Positions 1 through 8,786 of a stretch of 35,355 nt of DNA are shown one piece after another; position 1 is the stretch's first letter, and each line of letters opens with the position of its first letter. The notes beneath the pieces were generated by a model that ran no database searches, was not told the origin of the DNA, and was given only the letters and a program-made list of their open reading frames with translations. Made by a program: the position numbers and the translations under genes. The DNA is taken from assembly GCA_046757665.1 (NCBI GenBank), contig JBHHYO010000021.1, forward strand, positions 1 through 35,355, read 5' to 3'. Origin of the DNA: Nitrospinales bacterium (GTDB taxonomy: Bacteria; Nitrospinota; Nitrospinia; Nitrospinales; JAJDAT01).

Positions 1-84
1 GACCCGGACTTGGTTCCCCTGTTTAAAGGAATTCTTCCCGAGGTGCTTAAGATTAAAGAACAATATGCGGAGCCCGCAGGTTAA
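1..84 (+). CDS. 3' end of a gene entering the window, probably an HD-GYP domain (RpfG-like) protein
   Basis: Frame 1 reads DPDLVPLFKGILPEVLKIKEQYAEPAG* with TAA at 82-84. This resembles the '(HF)DPxLVxxF...I...Y' tail of HD-GYP proteins. Only 27 aa are visible. Confidence 0.55.
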   Translation, partial: DPDLVPLFKGILPEVLKIKEQYAEPAG

Positions 85-120
85 TTCGGCCCTGGTTTGC
101 GAGTTCAGGCCTATTTCCGT

Positions 121-468
121 ATGAATGACGAAAACCATTGGCGGGACGATCCGGACAGCGGCGTGACGCCGGGACCGGAGGAAGCTCTGCGCCGCGAGAT
201 CGAAAAATCGAAGGCTTTAAAAGTCGAGCGGCTGGCGCTCCGCAATGAAATTGAAACCCTCAAGTCGGAAAACCGCCGGTTGCGGGAAGAAAACCGCCGG
301 CTCAGGGAAACCTCCGCCGATTCGCGCAATACCGGCATTGCCGGCTCCGTACCGCGCCAACTTCCCCGGTCAACGGGTCTTTTCTCTTTTTTATCGGATT
401 GGCGCGCCCGCCTGCTTTTCTTAATCTTTGTAATTTCGATGATTTTTTATTACACTTTCAGCCGATGA
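121..468 (+). CDS. Hypothetical protein with a coiled coil and a C-terminal transmembrane anchor
   Basis: ATG at 121. Charged heptad region (LRNEIETLKSENRRLREENRRL) and hydrophobic C-terminus LLFLIFVISMIFYY. Confidence 0.7.
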   Translation: MNDENHWRDDPDSGVTPGPEEALRREIEKSKALKVERLALRNEIETLKSENRRLREENRRLRETSADSRNTGIAGSVPRQLPRSTGLFSFLSDWRARLLFLIFVISMIFYYTFSR

Positions 469-515
469 GCCCGTTCGGGGGCTCACCCGTTCAGGTTGCA
501 ACCTGTTCGGGTTGC
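466..515 (+). terminator. Short tandem hairpins after the hypothetical gene, possibly a terminator or stabiliser
   Basis: TGAGCCC/GGGCTCA (466-485) and GCAACCT-GTTC-GGGTTGC (498-515). No clear U-tract. Confidence 0.3.
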
Positions 516-663
516 GGCGGGAAAGTTGGGAATTGTCGAATCCAAGCGCGGTTTTTATCATCCTACTATCCAAGTGGCGTTGTCCGTCCCTTGCGGTGGG
601 GCTTGTTCCCGGTGCCGGTTGGAAAATTATCTATTAATACTCATTGGGAAAGGTTAAAACAAT

Positions 664-1128
664 ATGTGGGTCTTTGAATTTTTTCATGTGCTGGTGGGAA
701 TTTTATGGATCGGATTGTTGTACTTTTTTAACCTGGTGCAAGTGCAGTCCATGCCCAAAATGACCGAGGCGGGCGCGGCCAAGGCCTATACGCAGATTAT
801 TGTTCCCAAGGCGCTGTTTCTGTTTCGCCATGCCGCCTGGCTGACGGTGGTGACCGGCATTGTTTATTTCATGGCCGGCAGGGGCACCGTCGAGGGCATC
901 CCCAGCATGGAAATCATGATCGGCATGTTGCTGGGAATCATCATGGCGGGCAACGTCTGGTTCATCATCTGGCCGAACCAGAAAAAGATCATCGCCGGAG
1001 AGCTGGAAGGCGACGCCCTGAACAAGGCCAAGAGACACGCCTTCCTCGCCAGCCGCACGAACGCCTGGCTGTCGTTGCCCATGCTGGCGGGCATGATCGC
1101 CGCCAACCACGGCGGATTTATGTTTTAA
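664..1128 (+). CDS. Urate oxidase N-terminal domain (PuuD-like) membrane protein, short form
   Basis: Motifs HVLVGILWIGLLYFFN, GNVWFIIWPNQKK and ASRTNAWLSLPML are typical of the Urate_ox_N family. About 4 TM helices and no CxxCH. Confidence 0.8.
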   Translation: MWVFEFFHVLVGILWIGLLYFFNLVQVQSMPKMTEAGAAKAYTQIIVPKALFLFRHAAWLTVVTGIVYFMAGRGTVEGIPSMEIMIGMLLGIIMAGNVWFIIWPNQKKIIAGELEGDALNKAKRHAFLASRTNAWLSLPMLAGMIAANHGGFMF

Positions 1129-1131
1129 CCC

Positions 1132-1275
1132 CGAGATTCTTCGCGTTGCTCAGAATGGCAATCAAGGAATCGCTTGTCATTGCGAGGAGGCTCAGCCGAC
1201 GAAGCAATCCAGAAGGCTGGATCGCCACGCCGCCGGCAACGGCTCGCGATGACACCGGGGCGGCGAAGAATCTCG
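1132..1275. repeat. Nested REP-like palindromic element between convergent genes
   Basis: Perfect 13-bp outer inverted repeat CGAGATTCTTCGC (1132-1144) / GCGAAGAATCTCG (1263-1275). It encloses TGTCATTGCGAG...CTCGCGATGACA (1175-1254), which has an inner hairpin GCAATCCAG-AAGG-CTGGATCGC. Confidence 0.8.
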
Positions 1276-1290
1276 ATTTTCCGGATAAGG

Positions 1291-2511
1291 TTACTCTACT
1301 TTCAGGGCGTCCATGGGGTCGAGCCGGGATGCCTTGATGGCCGGATAGATGCCGAAGAGGACCCCGATCATCACGCACACTCCCGCGGCTATCAGTATGG
1401 ATTGCCGGTCGAGGAGCAGGGTCCACGGGCTCCATTTGGCCAGCCCCAGGGTAACGCCCACTCCCAGGCCGACGCCTCCCGCCCCGCCGATCATTCCTAT
1501 CGCCAGCGATTCCAGAACGAACTGCCCGATGATGTCGAGTTTGGTGGCTCCCACGGCGCGCCTGACGCCGATTTCCCGCGTACGCTCCTTCACGGAAACC
1601 AGCATGACGGCCAAGATGCCGATGCCGCCGACGATCAGCGAGATCGCCGCCACCCCGACGATCAGCGCGGTAAACGTTTTTTTCGTCTCCAGTTTCAGGT
1701 CTTCCAGCTCCAGCTGGTTTTGCAGGGTGAAATCGTCTTCCTTGTCGCCGGTCAGCCGGTGGCGTTTTCTCAACGCTTCGCGGATTTTTTCCGCCGCCGA
1801 ATCCATGCTCGCCCGGTCGACGGCTTGCAGGTAAATGGTGCTGATGTAAGTTTGGTTGAGCACCCGGCGCATCATGGTCGTCATGGGAATCAAAAGGATG
1901 TCGTCCTGATCCGCGCCTTGCGAGTCCATTCCCTTGGGCTTGAGGGTACCGATGACCGTGAAGGGAATGGTTTTGATCCGCACAACCTGGCCGATCGGGT
2001 CGTCATCGGGAAAGATGTTGTTGATCGTCGTTTGCCCGAGGACGGCGACCCGGCGGCCCAGCCGCGAATCGTTTTCGTCGAAAAACCGCCCCGCCGCGAC
2101 CTCGTATTTTCGCACCGCAAGGAAATCCGCGGTGGTCCCGGCGACGTTGGCATTGGCCGAGGTGTTGCCGAACTTGACCTGGATTTGCCGGGCCTCATAG
2201 GGGACGGCCCTGGCCAGGCCGTCGATTTCCTCCAGCAGGAACTCGGCGTCCTTGATTTTCAGGGTGGTGACGTTGCCGGTCAGGCGAAACTGTCCGCCGC
2301 GGCGTTTCACTTCACCGGCGTTCAGGGTGATGAGGTTTTCACCCATGTTGCGGATGACGTTCAGCACTTCCTCCTGGGACCCCTTGCCGATGGCGACCAT
2401 GATAATGACCGCGGCGATGCCGATGACGATTCCCAGCGACGCCAGCAGTGTCCGGGATTTTCGCGCTTTCAGGGATGTGGTGGCGATGCCTATGCCGTCG
2501 GTCAGGGTCAT
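1291..2511 (-). CDS. MacB/FtsX-family ABC transporter permease
   Basis: Start MTLTDGIG at 2511. Motifs RTLLASLGIVIGIAAVI, VGGIGILAVMLVSVKERTREIGVRRAVGA and YPAIKASRLDP. Confidence 0.93.
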   Translation of the reverse strand: MTLTDGIGIATTSLKARKSRTLLASLGIVIGIAAVIIMVAIGKGSQEEVLNVIRNMGENLITLNAGEVKRRGGQFRLTGNVTTLKIKDAEFLLEEIDGLARAVPYEARQIQVKFGNTSANANVAGTTADFLAVRKYEVAAGRFFDENDSRLGRRVAVLGQTTINNIFPDDDPIGQVVRIKTIPFTVIGTLKPKGMDSQGADQDDILLIPMTTMMRRVLNQTYISTIYLQAVDRASMDSAAEKIREALRKRHRLTGDKEDDFTLQNQLELEDLKLETKKTFTALIVGVAAISLIVGGIGILAVMLVSVKERTREIGVRRAVGATKLDIIGQFVLESLAIGMIGGAGGVGLGVGVTLGLAKWSPWTLLLDRQSILIAAGVCVMIGVLFGIYPAIKASRLDPMDALKVE

Positions 2512-2525
2512 GGAGTAAGGAGGAT

Positions 2526-3734
2526 TTATCTGAGCGTTTCCTCCGGCACCAGAAAGGCCGCCTTTCTGGCGGGCTGGATGCCGAAGATCAGTCCGATTGC
2601 CGTGCATAACAAAAACGCCGGCACGAACGGTTCCCACGTCAACATGGCGGGTAGCACGTCGAAATGTTTTAATCCCATCGAAACGGCAAACCCGAAAATG
2701 ATGCCCAACACCCCTCCCCACAGGGAAACGAGGGTGGACTCAAATAGAAATTGCAGGGTGATGTCCGTCCGGCTGGCGCCGAAACAGCGGCGGATGCCTA
2801 TTTCGTGAATGCGCTCGCGGATGGAGACCAGCATGATGTTCATGATCACGATGCCTCCGACCAGAAGGGATACCGTTGAAATCAGGGTCAGCATCCGGTT
2901 CATGGCTTGCTCCGATTCCGTCACCCACCGCAAAATGCCCGCCGGCGTGACGAATCGGAAATCGTCCTCCGCCAGCGGCGACAGGTTGTGGTTTCTTCTC
3001 AAGATTTGCTTGACCTCCTCCATGGTCGCATCGACCACTTCCGGGCTTGTGGTCATGATCCGGATGCTGTGCAGATGCGTTTGATGAAGCACCCGGGAAG
3101 TGGCGGTGGTCAGCGGGATGACCACGCGGTCATCCGGGTCGTAACCGCTTTCCGTCATGCCTTTTTCCCGCAGGACGCCGATTACCGTAAAGAATATCTG
3201 ATCCAGCCGCGCGATTTTGCCGATGGGGTCTTCCGATCCGAACAGTTTTCTGGCCGGCGTGGAACCGAGGATCATGACTTTGCGTTTGCGTTGCATGTCG
3301 TCGTCGGTGAAGTATCTGCCGTCGCTCAGGGGCCATCGCCAGGCATACGGCCACTCCGGGGTCATGCCGTACATCCGGGTGTTGGTGAAGTTTTTTTTGT
3401 AGATGAGTTTCATGCGCTTGCGTTGCCGGGGGATGGACAGGCGGACGGTGGGGATGGCGCGGATGTCGTCGGCGTCCTGCACGGTCATGGAAGTGGGCGT
3501 GGCCGAGCGTCTGAAAAACAGCCGCCCCGCGCCCGCGTACACGGAAAACGAGTCCGGCCCGAATCCAACCGCCGTGATGCGGTTCATGACCTTGACGCGG
3601 GCGCCCTCGCCGATCGCCATGATAACCGTGAGCGAGGCGATGCCGACGATCATTCCCAGCATCATCAACACGGTGTTGCCCCGGTTGGTCATCAAGCCGC
3701 GCAGGGCCTGGATAAAATTCCGTAACACTCTCAT
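2526..3734 (-). CDS. MacB/FtsX-family ABC transporter permease (second paralog)
   Basis: Motifs LGMIVGIASL, VGGIVIMNIMLVSIRERIHEIGIRRCFGA and QPARKAA. Its start overlaps the ATPase stop (ATGA). Confidence 0.93.
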   Translation of the reverse strand: MRVLRNFIQALRGLMTNRGNTVLMMLGMIVGIASLTVIMAIGEGARVKVMNRITAVGFGPDSFSVYAGAGRLFFRRSATPTSMTVQDADDIRAIPTVRLSIPRQRKRMKLIYKKNFTNTRMYGMTPEWPYAWRWPLSDGRYFTDDDMQRKRKVMILGSTPARKLFGSEDPIGKIARLDQIFFTVIGVLREKGMTESGYDPDDRVVIPLTTATSRVLHQTHLHSIRIMTTSPEVVDATMEEVKQILRRNHNLSPLAEDDFRFVTPAGILRWVTESEQAMNRMLTLISTVSLLVGGIVIMNIMLVSIRERIHEIGIRRCFGASRTDITLQFLFESTLVSLWGGVLGIIFGFAVSMGLKHFDVLPAMLTWEPFVPAFLLCTAIGLIFGIQPARKAAFLVPEETLR

Positions 3735-4411
3735 TGGGTTTCATCCGACTCGATATGGCCGTCCTTCATCTTGATGATGCGGGAGGCGTGCGCCGCCACC
3801 TCCGCATCGTGTGTTATCAGGATAATCGTGTTTCCCTCCGCGTTCAAGTTATCGAAGATATTCATGATCTCCGCGCTGTTTTTCGAATCGAGGTTGCCGG
3901 TGGGTTCGTCGGCCATGATGATTTTGGGTTGGTTGATGATGGCCCGGGCGATGGTGACCCGCTGTTGTTCGCCGCCCGACATCTGCCCCGGCGTATGGCG
4001 CATACGATGCGCCAGCCCCACCTTGGCGAGGACGCTTTCGACGCGCTGTTTTGCGTCGCTAGGCACTTCCCGGCAGTAGATCAGGGGCATCATGACGTTG
4101 TCCAGGGCGCTGACCCCCGGCAGAAGATGAAACGCCTGGAAGACGAAACCGATTTTCTCGTTGCGTACGCGGGACAGTTCCCGGTCGCTCAGCCGGTTGA
4201 CCTCCTCGCCGTCCAGAATGTACGAGCCGCTCGACGGTTGAGCCAGGCAACCCATAATGGTCATCAAGGTGCTTTTCCCCGCGCCCGAGGGGCCGATCAC
4301 GCTGATGTATTCGCCCGCGGCGATGTCGATCGAAATTCCCCTCAGAACCTCGGTTTCAAAATCGGCGTTTTTATAACTCTTGCGGATGTTTTCGATCTGA
4401 ATGAGGCTCAT
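3731..4411 (-). CDS. ABC transporter ATP-binding protein (MacB/LolD-like)
   Basis: Walker A GPSGAGKST, signature MSGGEQQRV, Walker B IIMADEPTGNLD, H-loop ITHD. Confidence 0.95.
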   Translation of the reverse strand: MSLIQIENIRKSYKNADFETEVLRGISIDIAAGEYISVIGPSGAGKSTLMTIMGCLAQPSSGSYILDGEEVNRLSDRELSRVRNEKIGFVFQAFHLLPGVSALDNVMMPLIYCREVPSDAKQRVESVLAKVGLAHRMRHTPGQMSGGEQQRVTIARAIINQPKIIMADEPTGNLDSKNSAEIMNIFDNLNAEGNTIILITHDAEVAAHASRIIKMKDGHIESDETQ

Positions 4412-5703
4412 GAGCGCCTGCGTCTGCCGGGCCCCCGCATGTCCAGCTTGGGTTTGATGGGGATCCCGACCCGGTCGCCCTCACTCAGTCCGGACAACAC
4501 CTCGAGGAATCCCTCGTCCCGCCAGCCGGTCGTGACCGGTTGCTCCGCCAGCCTGCCGTTCAAGTTGACCGTGACGAATTCCTTTTTGCCCTTGCGTTTG
4601 ATGGCCTGTTTGGGAATGGCCAGGACATTGCTTTTCTTGTCGGTGGTGATGACGACGTTGGCGGTCATCTCCGGACGGAGCAGGGCGATACTGGCCGGAG
4701 CGATTTCCAGGATCACCTCGTAGTTGACCACGTTATCCTTGATCACCGCCTTGGGATGGATGTCGCGCACGACACCCTTGAAAAATTTATCGGGGTAGCT
4801 GTCCACCGTAAACAGGGCTTCCTGGCCCAACTGCACCTGGCCGATATCCGTTTCATCGACAAACACCATAACTTCCAGTTGTCTCAAGTCGATCAGGGTC
4901 ACAAAGGTCGGCGCGCTCATGCTGGCGGCCACGGTTTCGCCTTTTTGCGTGGAAATGGAAGCGACGATGCCGTCAATGGGTGCGGTGATGGTGGCGTAGG
5001 ACAAGCGGGTCTCGTCTTCCTCCAGGTAGGCGCGGACCTTCTCAATATTAGCTTCCCGGAGTTTGATATCGTTCTCCAGCTGGGTTCTTTTGAGTTTCAG
5101 ATTTTCCCGGGCCAGCTTGACCTGGGCTCCGAGGACGTTGAGGTCTTCCTCCGCCTGGTCCAGCATGGTGGCGGAAACCACGCCCTGGCGGTTCAACTCG
5201 CGGTTGCGCGCCAGCATTTTTTTGGACAGTTTGATTTTGAATTGCAGTTCCTCGATTTCGGCCTGGATTTTGCCGAGTTCAAGGGGGCCTTCACTGAGGA
5301 TTTTCTCCAGGTGGGCTTCTTCCGCCTTTAACTCGGCCTTCCGTTGGGCTACGCGGGACATCAAGTCATCGTGCTCCACAATGGCAATGACGTCTCCGGC
5401 CTGCACGAAGTCGCCGATCTGCACGTACAGCTCCTTCAGTTGCCCGGAAATCCGGGAGCCGATTTTAACCTCGGCGCCGGTTTTCAGGGAGACGGATCCG
5501 GTGGCCAGCACGGTTTGGTGCATGTCCTTGCGCGTCACTTTTTTAAACTCGAAATCCTTTGTGGTGACCGTCGGTCCCGGGTTGCCCGCTGACATTATTT
5601 TTTTAACATAGGGTTGCAGGTACCCCTGGTCATTGGCCCATGCGCCAAGCCCCACAAGGACGACAAGCAGTAAAAAACCGCGCGGTTTACCCCTTATTTT
5701 CAT
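4408..5703 (-). CDS. Efflux periplasmic adaptor subunit (MacA-like)
   Basis: N-terminal TM, lipoyl-like halves (VKIGSRISGQL...VQIGDFV and ITAPIDGIV), long coiled hairpin, VDETDIG, LRPEMTANV. Confidence 0.92.
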   Translation of the reverse strand: MKIRGKPRGFLLLVVLVGLGAWANDQGYLQPYVKKIMSAGNPGPTVTTKDFEFKKVTRKDMHQTVLATGSVSLKTGAEVKIGSRISGQLKELYVQIGDFVQAGDVIAIVEHDDLMSRVAQRKAELKAEEAHLEKILSEGPLELGKIQAEIEELQFKIKLSKKMLARNRELNRQGVVSATMLDQAEEDLNVLGAQVKLARENLKLKRTQLENDIKLREANIEKVRAYLEEDETRLSYATITAPIDGIVASISTQKGETVAASMSAPTFVTLIDLRQLEVMVFVDETDIGQVQLGQEALFTVDSYPDKFFKGVVRDIHPKAVIKDNVVNYEVILEIAPASIALLRPEMTANVVITTDKKSNVLAIPKQAIKRKGKKEFVTVNLNGRLAEQPVTTGWRDEGFLEVLSGLSEGDRVGIPIKPKLDMRGPGRRRRS

Positions 5704-5826
5704 TGCCGTTTTCTCTCCATGCGATGCACTTTATACATCCTATCATAGCATTTTATCGACACCGGAAACGCCGCCTCATGGTATGTATAAGAAGCAACTC
5801 CTCTTTCCCGACGAAGGTTGAAAACG

Positions 5827-7566
5827 ATGCAAGGCGGAACAAACCAGGCGCTCTCACCGAAAAAAATGGCATGGCGCGTTGCCGCCGCTCTTGCTTTGCT
5901 TCTGGGCCTGCTCGCCGCCGCGGTTTTGCTTGCGGTGATTTTTGTTGATCCCGAAACCCTCCGCAAACCCCTGGCCGTCAAAATTTCCGAGGCGACGGGC
6001 TATCAGGTGGAAATGCAAACTTTGGACCTCAGCTTTTTCCCGGTCCTGGGACTCAAGGCGGGAGAACTGCAAGCCCGCTCGGAATCCCGGGAGCTGTTTG
6101 CCGCCGAATCCCTGTTCCTGGAAGTCGACCCGACATTCCTACTGAGCCGCCGGATCAAAATCAAGAGAGCGATTCTCCTCAAACCGGTTCTGACGGTTTA
6201 TCTGGACGAGCCGGGCAAAAATTCTTCCGCCGCCGCGCCGTCCTGGTCCGCAACCGTCGAGAAAGTTTCCTTGAATGTGGACGCTCCCCTGAACCGTCTG
6301 GCCGACCTCGATTTCTTTCAGAAGAACGTTGACGTCGAGGTTGAACTTCAAGCCCGGAACACTTCGTTGAGCGTGGAAGGCTATGAATTTTTCGTTCCAG
6401 GCATCGAAGTTGAAGGGGTCTTGAAAAAGGGAAAATTCTCGCAAACGGTGCATGGCCGGTTTGCGGATGGAAATTTTCTCCTGGACATGACTTTACAGCC
6501 GGGGAAAAACCCGTCCGATTTTCGGTCGTTTTCCCTGGATTCCCACTTGCAGTTTAACGACATAAATCCGGCTCGGCTTGAGCGTTCTGGAACGGGAAAC
6601 GGCGTCTTTTCCGAGGGCCGGGTTTCGGGCGCGTTGCGGGCCGCCGGGCGCTCCCTCAAACCGCAGGACATCCATGTCAGCGGGACGCTGAATGGCGAGA
6701 ACCTGGTGTCGGGCGACCGGCGGTATGCGGCTCGCCGCGCCGTTGTTGATTTGGAATCGTTGAATCGAGACCGGGGTACCGTGAAGTTTGCTTTGCAGGG
6801 CGCGAAAATCAACACCGTTGATTTGCGGAAAATAACCGGCCGTCTTCTTGTGTCGCCGGGGAAAATCCACCTGGCCCAGGGCCGCGCTTTGCCGGGCCAC
6901 GGGGAAATCCGCGTGACAGGCGATTACGCAATCGGTCGGCGAAGCTATGACACGCAATTTTCGGCCATGGAATTGCGAGCGGAGGAAGTAACGAAAAACA
7001 AGCTGACCGGCCTGCTACAATTTGCCGGCAGACTGCGGGGCCGCTTGACCGAGTCTGCCGCGACCCGCGGATTGTCGGGAAAAGTGAACGTCAAACTCAC
7101 CGATGGAACTGTCCCGGCGGCCGGTTTTGTCGAAACCTTTTTGCAATTATTGAATCTTCACGCGATTCCGGAAAATGGCCGTCCGGGTCTCGGCTATAAA
7201 TATTTTGGCGGAGATTTTCACCTGGCCGGGGGCGTTCTTTCCACGGATAACTTGAGGTTGGACGGCAGTCAATTGAAGCTGGCCGCAAAAGGCAGGGTGG
7301 ACCTGCCCACCGGGCGCATCGACGCAAAGATCAAGGCCACACCTCTGCAGTTGGCGGATGAGGCGGCCCGGACGATTCTTCTGCTCGGCAACCTGCTGAC
7401 CGGGGGAGGGGGAGGCGGGACCGTTGAAACTCATTTCAACATCGCCGGCACGCTGGATCATCCCAAAATCAGCTTTGACGCCGCCAAATCCACTTTGCCC
7501 GCGCCCGAAAAAATCCTCAAGGGCATATTGAGCCTTCAGAATTCCTTGCTGAAAGGCGGAAAATAA
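5827..7566 (+). CDS. AsmA-family protein
   Basis: N-terminal TM then 'ISEATGYQV..LDLSFFP', a beta-rich body and an AsmA_2-like C-terminus (GGDFHLAGGVLSTDNLRLDG...AGTLDHPKI). The start is uncertain (5818, 5827 or 5866). Confidence 0.8.
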   Translation: MQGGTNQALSPKKMAWRVAAALALLLGLLAAAVLLAVIFVDPETLRKPLAVKISEATGYQVEMQTLDLSFFPVLGLKAGELQARSESRELFAAESLFLEVDPTFLLSRRIKIKRAILLKPVLTVYLDEPGKNSSAAAPSWSATVEKVSLNVDAPLNRLADLDFFQKNVDVEVELQARNTSLSVEGYEFFVPGIEVEGVLKKGKFSQTVHGRFADGNFLLDMTLQPGKNPSDFRSFSLDSHLQFNDINPARLERSGTGNGVFSEGRVSGALRAAGRSLKPQDIHVSGTLNGENLVSGDRRYAARRAVVDLESLNRDRGTVKFALQGAKINTVDLRKITGRLLVSPGKIHLAQGRALPGHGEIRVTGDYAIGRRSYDTQFSAMELRAEEVTKNKLTGLLQFAGRLRGRLTESAATRGLSGKVNVKLTDGTVPAAGFVETFLQLLNLHAIPENGRPGLGYKYFGGDFHLAGGVLSTDNLRLDGSQLKLAAKGRVDLPTGRIDAKIKATPLQLADEAARTILLLGNLLTGGGGGGTVETHFNIAGTLDHPKISFDAAKSTLPAPEKILKGILSLQNSLLKGGK

Positions 7567-7595
7567 AACAAGTGAAAACCCGCGAGCCGCGGAAC

Positions 7596-7955
7596 TCAGT
7601 GACAGCTTGAGCTGTCCACTTCCCAGCGGATGGCGCTGGCGAAGCAGGTGGGGCGGCTGTCTCCGGGCCGCCAGCCTTGCTGGTCGGCGCGCACGGACCA
7701 GACGACTACCTTGAATCCGATGGCCTTGTTGCCCTGTACGGCGGCGTGGTGGTTGATTTCGGCGAAGTTGGCCGGTTTGTTTTTCCAGCCGATGTACACC
7801 TGGTTTTTTTCAAACTCGACCCATTGAACGTCGGGGAGTTCCGCAAGATAAGACAGTTCGTTGCGTAAAATCTTTTCGCGCTGTCCCGCGTCGCCTGGCT
7901 GGGCGAATCCCAAAACAAGGATCACTGCGAACAGCGCCGGCAAATACTTTTTCAT
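7596..7955 (-). CDS. Hypothetical exported protein
   Basis: Signal peptide MKKYLPALFAVILVLGFAQPGDA and two C-terminal Cys. Confidence 0.75.
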   Translation of the reverse strand: MKKYLPALFAVILVLGFAQPGDAGQREKILRNELSYLAELPDVQWVEFEKNQVYIGWKNKPANFAEINHHAAVQGNKAIGFKVVVWSVRADQQGWRPGDSRPTCFASAIRWEVDSSSCH

Positions 7956-7990
7956 ATTCGACACAGCCTCAATAATAAAAGTTGTGGTTT

Positions 7991-8659
7991 TCAAACCGGT
8001 TTAACGGTCAGGTCGTTATGCAGTTGTTGTTTCACCAGTTTTTCGATGTATTGCAGGGTTCCGGTCAGGGAGGTCGGGCAACTGCCGCAGGCGCCCTCGT
8101 AGTGGATGTGGATGACACTGCCCTCCAGACCCTTGAGTTCGACGCCGCCGCCGTCACGCGCCAGGTTGGAGCGAATGGAGCGGTTCAGCACCATTTCGAT
8201 CGCCTGCATTTTTTCTTCGCGGGAAAGTGACATGAAGTTTTCCACGTCCAGTGCGGCGGGTTTTTCTTTGGCCTCCGATTCATAATAGGCCGCATGACGC
8301 GCAATGGTGTTCCACACCTGGTCGCCGAAGGGGTTCCAGTCGACCGCTTCGTCCTTCGTCACCGTCACGAAATTGTCCATGATGAAAACCGAGCGCACGC
8401 CGCGCATTTCGAACAGTCTTTCAGCCAGAAGGTCGCCCTTGCCGTCGGCCTTGGCGTTATAGGACCTGCTACCGCGATCGAGGATGACGGCGTTGAGAAC
8501 ATATTGCCGCGCATTGGGGTTGGGCGTTTCGCGGGCGCGCAACACTTTAATAATGGATTTTCTGCCGGAGCCGGACGATACGGCGGAGGGCTCCGTCGGG
8601 GGAGCCTTGCCTTTTTCCTTCAACTCGGCCTGGCGCTTTAAGACTTCGCTTAGCTTCAC
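7991..8659 (-). CDS. Nfu/NifU-family Fe-S cluster carrier (Nfu_N + NifU_C domains)
   Basis: ETPNPNA...GVRSVFIMDNFVTVTK (Nfu_N) and DGGGVEL...GACGSC (NifU_C CxxC). Confidence 0.92.
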   Translation of the reverse strand: MKLSEVLKRQAELKEKGKAPPTEPSAVSSGSGRKSIIKVLRARETPNPNARQYVLNAVILDRGSRSYNAKADGKGDLLAERLFEMRGVRSVFIMDNFVTVTKDEAVDWNPFGDQVWNTIARHAAYYESEAKEKPAALDVENFMSLSREEKMQAIEMVLNRSIRSNLARDGGGVELKGLEGSVIHIHYEGACGSCPTSLTGTLQYIEKLVKQQLHNDLTVKPV

Positions 8660-8786
8660 GGATCACCAACCCGCCCGCAATACAAATGGGGCAAAACAAA
8701 ACCAAAGGGATGTTTTCATCATAATATATTTAAAACAAAAATCAAGCATGTGACGATTGTAAATCGGCCGCGGTGTCTGGTTTGTT

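Noticed and set aside
1174..2808. 544-aa plus-strand ORF
   Set aside because: Antisense shadow of the MacB permease, expected from GC-rich codon bias. No recognisable motifs.
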